A DNA stretch of 64,000 nucleotides from positions 28,458,001 through 28,522,000 of the forward strand of contig OX597838.1 of NCBI GenBank assembly GCA_951406725.2, written 5' to 3'. Under the pieces are notes generated by a model. The model ran no database searches, had not been told where the DNA came from, and worked only from the letters and a program-made list of their open reading frames with translations. Both the position numbers and the translations under genes were made by a program. Each line of letters starts with the position of its first letter. Within the stretch, counting starts at the first letter, position 1. This DNA is from Octopus vulgaris. Its lineage: Eukaryota. Shown here one piece after another: positions 41,623 to 53,667 of this stretch.

Positions 41623-41653
41623 ATCTCATTGGTACATACCGGTTTGCTCTTGG
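41623..41653 (+). CDS. AGTRAP: AGTRAP 31-nt micro-exon (D-LIGTYRFAL-G)
   Basis: Acceptor tttttctatttcag; donor GG|gtatcctta; supplies the DTGRFGVG-like motif otherwise missing; phases 1 and 2 fit both neighbours. Confidence 0.85.
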
Positions 41654-42049
41654 GTATCCTTACCATTTGGGACTTTTTTTCCACAACAGGAAAAATGTTC
41701 CTTGCACATCCACCTATTTACTCTTGTACAGGACTTTAAACAGTCACATCATATATTCTTTCCTCCCCCATGGATTTGGTCCGCAGTCTGAGTGTGATAC
41801 TTGTCTTTCTCAACTTTTGTCTTTCATCCTCAGAGGGAGGAATTCAAGCTCAGTTGTGTTGTATGTTCTTCTAAGTCTCCTAATTGCAGTTTAGTGTGTG
41901 TTCTTATTATGAATACTGTAAACGTCAGCTTTACCACACTGACTTCTCCTTTCAGTCAATGTATTAAGAATGAACATGTACATTACTGTTTTGACTTTCT
42001 GTTCTCCATGCATGGGATTATATAATCATAAATATTATAGAAATCACGA

Positions 42050-42850
42050 TTGATAGATATCCTAGATAGATAGATGGATAAATGTCAATGATAGATGGGT
42101 AGATCAACTGATAAATAGGTAGATAACAGATTGACAGGTAGATTGACAGGTAGATTGACAGGCAGATTGACAGGCAGATCGACAGACAGATCGACAGACA
42201 GATCGACAGACAGATCGACAGACTGATTGGCAGATAGACAGACAGACAAACACACAGACAGACAGACAAACATACAGACAGACAGACAAACATACAGACA
42301 GACAGATAAACATACAGACAGACAGATAAACAGACAGACAGACAGATAAACAGACAGACAGACAGATAAACAGACAGACAGACAGATAAACAGACAGACA
42401 GACAGATTGACATACAGACAGACAGACTGACACACAGACAGACAGACTGACACACAGACAGACAGACTGACACACAGACAGACAGACTGACACACAGACA
42501 GACAGACTGACACACAGACAGACAGACTGACACACAGACAGACAGACTGACACACAGACAGACAGACTGACACACAGACAGACAGACTGACACACAGATT
42601 GACAGACTGACACACAGATTGACAGATCGACAGATTGACAAATAGATAGACAGATTGAAAGATTGATAGATCGACAGATAGATTAACAGATCAACAGATA
42701 GATTAGCAGATCAACAGATAGACTGGCAGACCGACACTGAGACAGACAGACAGACAGGCAGGCAGGTAGGTAGGTAGACAACTAACCTAATAGACATTGA
42801 CAGATCAACAGATAGATTGATAAATTGACAGATAGATAGACAGACAGATA
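42050..42850. repeat. (GACA)/(GATA) satellite with a 20-bp higher-order unit
   Basis: gacagactgacacacagaca repeated about 9 times at 42421-42600. Confidence 0.93.
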
Positions 42851-43700
42851 TCTGCTAGATTGTTGATCATATGATCATAAGTCACAGCTTTGTTTCCTCC
42901 CTTACGGAAAAGCACCTAGTGCAACTCTAATTTCTCATTGTTCCTTCCACTCTACACAATAGCGGTTAGCAATGGGAAGGACATAACCACCAGAACAAAA
43001 TTTGCTATTCTGACGACATGTCAGAAAGGAAAAACGAAAGAAATTCCAAACTGAAGTGGAGGTTTGGAGACCTATGAGTTCATCTTTTAAAATTCTGTGA
43101 TGTTATTTTTAAAATCTCATTCCCTCTCTCTCGCACATTCACTGAAGTGGATTTCAAGTTTTAGCTTCCGTCACTTCATTGGAACATTAATAGCTTTTGT
43201 GTCCTCATTTCCTAGAACAAATGCACTTGGAAGAAACAGCAGCCACTGGTGGTTGTGGTGGTGAGGATGGTAGTGGTGGTGGTGGCTTTAAGGAGTTAGC
43301 AATGGTAGAGGTGAGAGGCAGTGGTTGTAGTGAGGATGCTAGTGCAGATTGTTTGATGGTGATAAGGAGAGCTCAATGATGGTGATGGATCATGTGACAG
43401 TGTTCACATATTGACGGTGGTGGTGGTGGCAATGGTGGTAATGAGAGTTCAAATAGAGTGATGGATGGTATGATAGTGGTTTGACCATATTAACAATTGT
43501 GGTGGTGGTGATTATAATGAAGGCCTCAGTGATGGTGATGGATGGTATGACACTGTTCACATAACGATAGCAATGACAGTGGTGGTGGTGGTGGTAATAA
43601 TGAGAGCTCATTGATACTATAGCCTCGGGCCGACCAAAGCCTTGTGAGTAGATTTGGTAGACAGAAACTGAAAGAAGTCCATTGTATATATATGTGTGTG

Positions 43701-43746
<46 letters not shown>

Positions 43747-44024
43747 AATATGTATGTATTTAAGTGTGGGGTGGATGGGTGTGTTGGTTTATTCCTCGTG
43801 AGTGAGTGGTTCAGCAGTAGAGACCAAAAGAATAAGTACTAGGCTTTAAAAAAATAAAATAAGTCCTGGGGTTGATCTGTTTGACCAAAACTCTTCAAGA
43901 TGGTGCCCCAGCAAGGCCACCACCCATTGACTGAAACAAGTGAAAAGATTAAAAATAAAAAAAAAAGACAACAATAGTGATGGTGGATGGAATGACTGTG
44001 CTTTGCTTAACACATAAAGTGCAA

Positions 44025-44994
44025 CGGGCCACAATCGTGGCCGTCAGGCACAGGTCGGCAGGCCTCAATTGTGGCCCAGATAGATGCATTTAATTTATGG
44101 GTGTTTGTTGGGGTCTAATGTCACTCAAACGCTCTGATACCCCCAGGCCATCAGGCACAGGTCGGCAGGCCACAATTGTGGCCCAGATAGATGCATTTAA
44201 TTTATGGGTGTTTGTTGGGGTCTAATGTCACTCAGACGCTCCGATACCCCCCAGGCCATCAGGCACAGGTCGGCAGGCCACAATTGTGGCCCAGATAGAT
44301 GCTTTTTATTTATGGGTGTTTGTTGGGGTCTAATGTCACTCAAACGCTCTGATACCCCCCAGGCCATCAGGCACAGGTCGGCAGGCCTCAATTGTGGCCC
44401 AGATAGATGCATTTAATTTATGGGTGTTTGTCGGGGTCTAATGTCACTCAGACGCTCCGATACCCATCAGGCACAGGTCGGCAGGCCACAATTGTGGCCC
44501 AGTTAGATGCATTTAATTTATGGGTGTTTGTTGGGGTCTAATGTCACTCAAACGCTCTGATACCCCATCAGGCACAGGTCAGCAGGCCTCAATTGTGGCC
44601 CAGATAGATGCATTTAATTTATGGGTGTTTGTTGGGGTCTAATGTCGCTCAAACGCTCTGATACCCCGCAGGCCATCAGGCACAGGTTTGCAGGCCACAA
44701 TTGTGGCCCAGATAGATGCATTTAATTTATGGGTGTTTGTTGGGGTCTAATGTCACTCAAACGCTCTGATACCCCCCAGGCCATCAGGCACAGGTCGGCA
44801 GGCCACAATTGTGTCCCAGATAGATGCATTTAATTTATGGGTGTTTGTTGGGGTCTAATGTCACTCAAACGCTCTGATACCCACCAGGCCATCAGGCACA
44901 GGTCGGCAGGCCTCAATTGTGGCCCAGATAGATGCATTTAATTTATGGGTGTTTGTCGAGGTCTAATGTCAGTCAAACGCTCCAATACCCCCCA
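44025..44994. repeat. Tandem array, 9 units of 100-108 bp, each with a GGCCACAATTGTGGCC-type palindrome
   Basis: caggcacagg recurs at 44045, 44152, 44260, 44368, 44468, 44569, 44677, 44785 and 44893. Confidence 0.95.
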
Positions 44995-45506
44995 GAATGC
45001 AAGAGGACTAATAGTTCAACTAATGACTTTTCAGATGATGTAAAACTTTCCTCCATTATATACTAAGAAGATATTTTAACTATTTTTTTGTTTTTTTATG
45101 TATGGTAGTCTCATTTTCATAAAATGTGCTCAGCAGTCCATGCTCTATGTAAGTGCAAATCCTAGCGCTTTATGGGTTAATGATGGAGGAGGGTGATCGT
45201 GGTGGTGGTGGTAGGAGATTAGAAAGTAACCCAAATACTGACCAATGGAGAAATAAACCAGGCAAATATTTTGAGTAACGAAGTAAATGATTGGTGGAGG
45301 CAGGGGAGGGGGGGGGTTACTGAAGACAGAGAATTTCTTCAGTCACTGTTTCCTACTGAAGTAGGACAGTGCGTGGGTGGATGTCGGACAGTTGACATGA
45401 CGTCAGGAATAACTGATAAAGGTTACCGTTGGTGAGTAGGGGATTGGATGAGATGACGCTTGAGAGAGGCACAAGAGAAGATCAAGTGGGTTTTCTTTCT
45501 TTCTTT

Positions 45507-45539
<33 letters not shown>

Positions 45540-46375
45540 GAAAATTACTATTTGTGAATCTCTTGTGAAATATTCAGCAACAGTACTCTAAAGATTATTT
45601 GCCAGCGTAACATGGCAACATTTGTACTAAACCAGGACTGCCATGTGATGTTGGCAAAAAATCTTTACTCAAGTGGAGATTTTTTTTGTTTTTTGTTTTT
45701 TTTGTTTTGTTTTTTTCTGGACCTGGGAAAACAGAATTTTTTCTTGATATCAAATATTCTTTCTGCAAAATGAAACATCTCGTATCCAGATATGATACTG
45801 CCTGATATTGATTTTCTTCGAGGTTACAATTTAATGTACATTGGTAATATCAGGAAATAAGGCAGACATACCTATATGCAATAATTTATATAATTGAGCT
45901 TTTATGAAATTTCTTCGTCATTTGTAGAAAATGAGGGAAATGAATAGTGATTTTCAAAAGAAAAATATTTAGCACCAAAGAATTAAATGAAGCATTTTCC
46001 CATTGGCATAACTCCTCCCACCATTACTCTGTCATTTACTTCCTCTCCTCCTCTGCTCACTATGATTCTTTCTCACTGTGTGTGTGATGTGTGTGTGTAG
46101 CATTCCTTTACTCATTGTCTGCCACCATGCCTAGTATAGTTTACTATCAGGAAGAGAATTACATTATCATTATATATATGGTGCAAAGTACTGAAGGACA
46201 ACCTCAAGACATTGAACTTTTTAAATGAGATCACAAAGGACCATGGTACCTGGCACCTTGCTGTACTCAAGACCCGTACTTCCACAGTGGAAGAGTTAAG
46301 GCCACGTCCCCTGGTGAAGAGGATTGACCTGTAAGAGTCTCGTGCCAGTGTCATGTAAAAAGCACTTGTCTCAGT

Positions 46376-46560
46376 GCCACGTAAAAGCACCCATGTGGTG
46401 CCATGTAAAAGCACCCATGTGGTGCCATGTAAAAGCACCCATGTGGTGCCATGTAAAAGCACCCATGTGGTGCCATGTAAAAGCACCCATGTGGTGCCAT
46501 GTAAAAGCACCCATGTGGTGCCACGTAAAAGCACCCATGTGGTGCCATGTAAAAGCACCC
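46376..46560 (+). repeat. 24-bp minisatellite, about 7.7 copies, inside retroposon family C
   Basis: Unit gccatgtaaaagcacccatgtggt. Confidence 0.92.
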
Positions 46561-46774
46561 AGCTCACTCTTTAAAATGGTTGGCATTAGAAAGAGCATTC
46601 CAGCCAGAGAAAACCTTGCCAAATCAAACTGGAGCCTGGTGCAGCTCTCCGGCTTACTAGCTCTGGTTAAACTGTCCAACCCATGCCAGTATGGACAATG
46701 GACATTCAGTGATGATGTTGACATACACACACACACTGCATGGTTCTTGGTCTCAAGCATTTGTCTTATGAAGA

Positions 46775-46950
46775 AAGGCTGAAGACGCTAGACCTTTATT
46801 CTCTAGAAAAACGCCGCCGCCGAGGTGATCTCATTCTTGCTCACAACATCATAAGCGGTAAGTGTAACCTCTCGAAAGAGCTGTTCTTCACTCCTGCTCC
46901 AGAACGTAGGCTGTGAGGTCACTCCGAAAAGCTCTATCTGCGACGATTTC
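46775..46950 (+). mobile_element. CR1-type LINE fragment, same family as 1520-1808
   Basis: RLKTLDLYSLEKRRRRGDLILAHNIISG...GHSEKLYLRRF with an internal stop. Confidence 0.8.
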
Positions 46951-47030
46951 TGTGGTTCTCAAGGAGATTCAGTATGACAAAGAATGTGACAAGGCTGGCC
47001 CCTTTGGAATATAGGTACAACTCATTTTTT

Positions 47031-47660
47031 GGATCTTTTCCTTTTGAACGGCAGACAATTTCTAGTTAACTAAACACTTTAAAACTTCGTATACTGGTAG
47101 AATGTGTCTATAAAACATTTTTTTCTCTTGGCTTTCATGAGAAAATTGTAATTTGTTTGTTTAACGTAGTTTAATTTTTCGAATTTTAACCAATCCTATG
47201 CTCTCTTTTGAGCTAAAATCATTTGTTGCATCTAAAACTGAGACAACATCCTGTAACTAACCCTAAGCCTCCCCCTAACCCTAACCCTAAATTTTTTTTT
47301 CTTAATTGTTAAATTAATTTAATTGTTACGCGTGTAAAAAAAACTAAAGCAATGGAATTAAATTAATTTAACAATTAAGAAAAAAATTTAGGGTTGGGGG
47401 TGCGGTTTAGGGTTAGTTACAGGATGTTGTCTCAGTTTTAGAGGCAGCAAATGATTTTAGTTGAATGGAGGTAATCGATTGGTTAAAATTGCCGAAATGC
47501 TCAGATTTTCAGACGAAATATCTTACAAACTATAGAATTTTCTCAATAAAACCAAGAGAAAATGATGTTTTATAAACACATTCTACCAGTATACGAAGTT
47601 TAAAAGTATTTAGTTTACTAGAAATTGTGTTGACATCTGCCGTTCAAAAGGAAAAGATCC
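47031..47660. mobile_element. Related GGATCTTTT-TIR fold-back MITE inserted in a SINE
   Basis: TIRs ggatcttttccttttgaacggcag / ctgccgttcaaaaggaaaagatcc; TSD catttttt; long internal inverted arms with TAACCC/GGGTTA repeats. Confidence 0.85.
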
Positions 47661-48597
47661 CATTTTTTTTGCCAGCTGAGTGGACTGGAGCAATGAGATA
47701 TAAAGTGTCTTGCTCAGGGACACAGTGCACCACTGGGAATTAAGGTCACGGCCTTACAGTCATGAACTGACTACCCTAACCACCTAGATATAAACCTTCA
47801 CAAGAAGTACAGTTAATGAGAAGACTGAAAGCTGAGTACAATAAAAATAAGGGAACTGGTGTCCATTGAAATTTATCTAAATATACCACAAAAACAGGTA
47901 TGTTTCCCAGTTTTTTTTTGTTTTTTTTTATTTTATATCTCTCACCACCACCACATTTCCTTTCATTTAATTGACAGGGGATTCTAACTATGAAAATGTT
48001 CACAAATATGTATATATTTATATATATATATATCCATGACCAATGGATAATCAAAATGGAGAGGCGAAACCGGTTGAGGTTATTTTGGTTATCATTGTAT
48101 TTTAATTACTCTTTCTCTTTTTGTTTTGAGAATTACACTTGGTTGTGTTTTGGTTTTGTTACTCTCTCCCCTCCTTGTCCCAGCCTCGTCTAAGCTTTTC
48201 TATTTTTCAGAATTAACACTTTCGTTAACATTTTCTAATGAAGTATGTTATGTTTTTTTTTATAATTAATTTTTTTAAAATAACTGTAAATTTGGAAAGA
48301 TTTAATTAACAAACTTTATTTTTAAACTGTTTGTTTGAATTTTGTTAAATCAGATAAAATTTGTCTGAGAAATTATTTTTGTTCTTGAAGAGGTCTTCTG
48401 AAGTACAATGGCTGAAATGTTGAGATTTTAGCAACCAGGATGAGGGCATTAATCCAATGTATTATGATATTAACCCTGTTGATACCAATCCAACTGTGAC
48501 CACCACTTAGTTCAATGATACATACTGTCTCTTTCAAAGTAATCTAAATTAAAACCATCCACCAAAATTCCATGTTCATTTATGTTCTAAACACCAT

Positions 48598-48981
48598 GGA
48601 AGCACTCCGTCGGTTACAACGACGAGGGTTCCGGTTGATCCGAATCAATGGAACAGCCTGCTCGTGAAATTAACGTGTAAGTGGCTGAGCACTCCACAGA
48701 CACGTGCACCCATAACGTAGTTCTCGGGGATAGTCAGTGTGACGCAGAGAGTGACAAGGCCGGACCCTTGAAATACAGGTACAACAGAAACAGGAAGTAA
48801 GAGTGAGAGAAAGTTGTGGTGAAAGAGTACAGCAGGGATCACCACCATCCCCTGCCGGAGACTCGTGGAGCTTTAGGTGTTTTCGCTCAATAAACACTCA
48901 CAACGCCCGGTCTGGGAATCGAAACCGCGATCCTATGACCGCGAGTCCGCTGCCCTAACCACTGGGCCATTGCGCCTCCAC
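48598..48981 (-). mobile_element. tRNA-headed SINE family D inserted in a piggyBac-like MITE
   Basis: 14-bp TSD gttctaaacaccat; head caatggcccagtggttagggcagcggactcgcgg...ggtttcgattccc. Confidence 0.85.
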
Positions 48982-50075
48982 GTTCTAAACACCATCTTAA
49001 TAATGACAAACTTATCTCACTAAATTCTTGATTATTTTCAAAACTTATTGAAACAAAAAACAGTGTCCTTCAACAGAAATAGGACAAAAGAAGGGTTAAC
49101 CCTTTTGCTACTAACTTGCCTGAGACACATCCTGCTTCTATAATATACAAACTTCCTGTTTTAACCCTTTAGCATTTAGATTTTTCTGTCAAATGTAAAA
49201 CTTGTCTATTCACATTGTTTCAAATTAGGCATTGTCTCATAGCTTTAAGAATTCAATAATGTGACCGTTGCATTTTTAAAATGACATTGTAGGGTAGGTG
49301 TGAAAGATCAAATCTGGCGAGTTGAACATAAAACAGTAAATATCTGAGCTGGATATACTCTCTTTTTACTCTTTTACTTGTTTGTCATTTGACTGCGGCC
49401 ATGCTGGAGCACCTTTAGTCGAGCGAATTGACCCCAGGACTTATTCTTTGCAAGCCCAGCACTTATTCTTTCGGCCTCTTTTGCCGAACCACTAAGCTAC
49501 GGGGATGTAAACACACCAGCATTGGTTGTCAGGCGATGTTGGGGGGACAAACACAGACACACAAACACACACACACACATATATATTCATATACATATAT
49601 ACGACAGGCTTCTTTCAGTTTCTGTCTACCAAATTCACTCACAAGGCTTTGGTCGGCCTTAGGCTATAGTAGAAGAAACTTGCCCAAGGTGCCACATTGT
49701 GGGAATGAACCCAGAACTATGTGGTTGGTAAGCAAACTACTTACCACACAGCCACTCCTGTTTAGTTGATGTTTGAAATATAGCAAACAAAATATTCTGA
49801 TATAAAAGAAAATTTCGAGTTTCAGTTGAAAGATGAACATTTTTAAAAGGAACAGTTTTGTATCCTGGAAATTAGAGGTGGATTGTTATCAAGAGTTTAG
49901 GCTGGGTGGATTTGTAATTTAGTCTCCAACCTACTAGACATTGTATTTTTTAATTTTTGGAGAGTTGTAAAAACAGTTGCTTACCGTCCTCATGTAATAT
50001 TTCTCTTCCATTGTCTTCAAATTAATGAATGTAAAAAACATGAACAAGTTTCAATTCCTTGACCTCAGCCGTTAG

Positions 50076-50182
50076 TATGAGCATTGTCAACCTAATTCTA
50101 AAGCCAGTCTCCTGTTTCTTACTGTATCGCATCTATCAAGATCGAGGAGGAATTTATGAGACATTCAGCATACCAGGCCTCA
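50076..50182 (+). CDS. AGTRAP: AGTRAP coding exon (G-MSIVNLILKPVSCFLLYRIYQDRGGIYETFSIPGL)
   Basis: Resembles human GMAILSLLLKPLSCCFVYHMYRERGG; acceptor ccgttag after a U12-type branch site; donor A|gtaagt. Confidence 0.93.
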
Positions 50183-50531
50183 GTAAGTAGACTTTGTATC
50201 TTCATTTCTTTTAGTTTTTGTTTGTTTTTGTGGCTCTCTCTGGTAATAATACAAGAGAGAGATGATATCTGTCCCATCACAATGTGTGATGGGATTAGAA
50301 AATGTATAGGGTTCACATACCCTTTTATTTGTTCAATCATTTTGACTGCAGCCATGCTGGAGCACCGCCTTTAGTCGAGCAAATCGACCCCAGGACTTAT
50401 TCTTTGTAAGCCTAGTACTTATTCTATTGGTCTCTTTTGCCAAACTGCTAAGTTATGGGGGACGCAAGCACACCAGCATCGGTTGTCAAGCAATGTTGGG
50501 GGGACAAACACAGACACACAAACATATACAC

Positions 50532-50579
<48 letters not shown>

Positions 50580-50798
50580 CAGGCTTCTTTCAGTTTCCAT
50601 CTACCAAATCTACTCACAAGGCTTTGGTCGGCTCAAGGCTATAGTAGAAGACACTTGCCCAAGGTGCCATGCAGTGGGACTGAACCCAGAACCATGTGGT
50701 TGGTAAGCAAGCTACTTACCACACAGCTACTCCTCATGTTTGTTGTTTGTTTTATCTTGTCTTGATTTTATTTAATTATTTGTATTTTATTTTTTTAG

Positions 50799-50908
50799 CA
50801 TCCCATACAGGTGGAACATATGAAAACATTGATCAGCCTGTGCCCACTAACAACCTCGAGGCAGCGTCTCCTCGTCATATGGCAGACAAGCTACCTTTGG
50901 ACCCCTGA
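50799..50908 (+). CDS. AGTRAP: AGTRAP last coding exon (T-SHTGGTYENIDQPVPTNNLEAASPRHMADKLPLDP-stop)
   Basis: T-rich acceptor ttttttag, phase 1; TYENID resembles human AYQTID; the six exons total 492 nt = 163 aa plus TGA with no internal stop. Confidence 0.88.
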
Positions 50909-51169
50909 AGTAAAGAGAGGAAACTGAGTTTACATGCAACAAGTTATGATGGCAAGGTAATTCACAATGTCCTTTTTTTAACACTTTGGTATTCAAACAA
51001 GCCACATCCGGCCCAACTATTCTTCCAGCAGGCCAGATCTGGCTTCTCACACCTATCCTACAATGCCATTCTTAAAATAAACTATTACATCACCTTTCAA
51101 ATCACCTGAAAATGCAATTCTAAGTCCTTCTGCCCACAAATTATTACATTTCCAAGTTTTCACACATAC

Positions 51170-51408
51170 AATGCACCAATCCGACCGTGGCCGATGCCAG
51201 CCTCGCCTGGCACCTGTGCGGGTGGCACGTAAAAAGCACCCACTACACTCACAGAGTGGTTGGCGTTAGGAAGGGCATCCAGCTGTAGAAACATTGCCAG
51301 ATAAGACTGGAGCCTGGTGCAGCCTTCTGGCTTCCCAGATCCCTGGTCGAACCGTCCAACCCATGCTAGCATGCAGAACGGACGTTAAACGATGATGATG
51401 ATGATGAT
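51170..51408 (+). mobile_element. Retroposon family C with (GAT)n tail; copies near 1345, 8750, 10918, 12930, 25880, 32030-, 46345, 63360-
   Basis: Shared gtaaaaagcacccactacactc...ggaagggcatccagctgtagaaac...ccatgccagcatgg...gatgatgat. Confidence 0.8.
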
Positions 51409-51761
51409 GAAATCTCAAAGCCTCAAAATAATGCATGGTTCATACAAAGCAATGTGAATAAGCATTAGATTTGACAGAGGAATCTGAATGCTAAGGGGTT
51501 TAACTGGCCATATCTGGCCTAAATATTGTATCTGTTTTATGTCCAAACAAACAAGATCCAGCCTCTCCCATCCACCCTATAATGTCATTCTAAAAATAAA
51601 CAATTACATCATATCTTGATGCTATGAAATAATGCATGATTCATTCAAAACAATGTGAATAAATAAGAATTACATTGGACAGAATAAACTGAATGCTGAA
51701 GGGTTTATACTTTGAATTTATTTTAATAACAAAAAGCTTTTTAAGGTTTATTCACAGGCAG

Positions 51762-52105
51762 TAGTGCTGGACTACTGACCACATGGTCTGCAAAGGTTGG
51801 TCTAATTTCATGGTCAAGTGCTGGACAACTTGACCACATGGACTCCTGGTGTTGGACTACAAACCACAGTTTCCAGGTACTGGACTAACCAACTACACAG
51901 TCTCTAGGTGCTGGACAAATGACCACATGGTCTACAAATGCTGATCTGACACCATGGTCAAATGCTGAACAAATGACCACATGGTCTCCAGGTGCTGGAC
52001 AGCTTAACCACATGGTCTCCTGGTGTTGGACTACCAACCACATGGTCTCCAGACACTGGACTAACTGACCACACAGTCTTTAAGTTCTGGACTGCTGACC
52101 ACTGG
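51762..52105 (+). repeat. Degenerate minisatellite of about 31 bp, roughly 11 copies
   Basis: Unit approximately gtgctggactactgaccacatggtctccag. Confidence 0.8.
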
Positions 52106-53299
52106 TTGCTATGGTATGAAATGGCATATAATATTAGGTCATCTCCCAGACCAGACACCTAATTTAAACAATTGTGACAGTCAGAACCCAAGGGACAAAT
52201 AATGATATTAAACTGGGCAACAGATTAGTTCTGTCATCCAGCAGGCTTCCACACAGTTTCCATTTTCCAAATTTTATTCCTAAAGCTTAGATAAGGCATG
52301 GGCAACCTTCTTCGAGAAGCAGGCCCCATAAGACACAGCTCAATCAAGTGGGCTGTCGTACTGAAACAAATGAAGGTTATTTTCATCTGGCATGGCCTTC
52401 AGAATGTCCCACAGGCTGTAGTTTGCCCAGGACTAGTTTTGGTCAATGTGAGGTTGTGGTTGAAGTCTGTTGTCCCAGTTTAGTTGAGGGAAATTTGGCT
52501 GGTATTTTTAGCCAGTGGATCGGCGACATAGACATGGAGGCATTATTGTTGGTTCTCCCAGTTTTTTTTTTCTTTTTAATTTTATGGAAGTAAAGATTTA
52601 CCCCTCTCTCTCTCTCTCTCTCTTCTCCATTTCTTTACACGTTTTATATTTTGAACTATTTTTTTGTTGTTATTGTTGTTTCCTGTTTGAAATACTTTTT
52701 TTTTTTTACGTTTTTCTTTTTCTCTCTTTCAGAAGAAAGGAGCCTCAGTTTCTCTGACTTATTTCTTGAATTAATAAAAGAAGAATGTGAAGAATTACAA
52801 AAACAACAAACACCACAACCAACACCACCACCAACAACAACAACTACTACTACTATTACATATAGAACAACAACATTTTAATCATTATCATCATCATCAT
52901 CATCATCAGTATTTTTTCTCTTCTCATTACTTTCCAAATTTTCAGAATTATTACATACCAAACCCTTGAATAAATTTCTTTTATTTTAAATCAGCCCTTA
53001 CTCCTACCCTTAAATATGGCCTCAACCTAATTTGATCTGTGAGAAAGGGATTACATTTTGGGGTAGACTTTCCGTCATTAGCCATCAGCATTGTTGTCAT
53101 CATTTTCACTCTAGAACTTTCTACTTCAAAAGTTTTTCCCATTCATTTTGCTCATTTTTTCCTGCTTTCACTAATCTCTCTTTGCTACTACTACTGTATA
53201 TTTTTCTTTTTTTCCTCAATTAATTCAGTCCATACACAGACATATATTCATATACATACATACATACATGCACACATACATACAGACATATATATATAT

Positions 53300-53595
53300 A
53301 TAAAATCCAAAATGGGACAAGAACGCAAAACATCTGGACAACTAGGTGATACAAAAGGGGACAACAAAACATCCAGATAGACAATACAAAAAAAACAAGG
53401 ATGGGTCATTCGAAGCCTTTTATCCTCAGTCAAGAACCAGATCATCCTCGCAATTTCGGCGAAATTGTGAGGATGATCCGGTTCTTGACTGAGGATAAAA
53501 GGCTTTGAATGACCCATCCTTGTTTTGGTGTCCCTTTTTGTATCACCTAATTGTCCTGGATGTTTTGCGTTCTTGTCCCATTTTGTATTATATAT
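53300..53595. mobile_element. Palindromic repeat, probably Penelope-like; same family at 26712-26880 and 33095-33295
   Basis: Near-perfect inverted arms of about 140 bp centred at 53458; shared motif cgaaattgcgaggatgatccggttcttgactga; (TA)n flanks. Confidence 0.55.
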
Positions 53596-53622
53596 ATGTA
53601 TAGCAGCATACGTACACTTTGT

Positions 53623-53667
<45 letters not shown>

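Larger units (their letters stand above)
41654..50075 (+). other. U12-type (minor spliceosome) GT-AG intron, about 8.4 kb
   Basis: 5' site GTATCCTTA (consensus RTATCCTTT); branch site TTCCTTGAC at 50055-50063 with the A 13 nt from the 3' end; no long polypyrimidine tract. Confidence 0.88.

Noticed and set aside
44025-44994. CRISPR-like look (palindromic repeat at regular spacing)
   Set aside because: The intervening sequences are near-identical rather than unique spacers, there are no cas genes, and the context is a eukaryotic intron.
48905-48981. tRNA gene
   Set aside because: It has A and B boxes but continues into a SINE body bounded by a TSD and lacks a closed acceptor stem.
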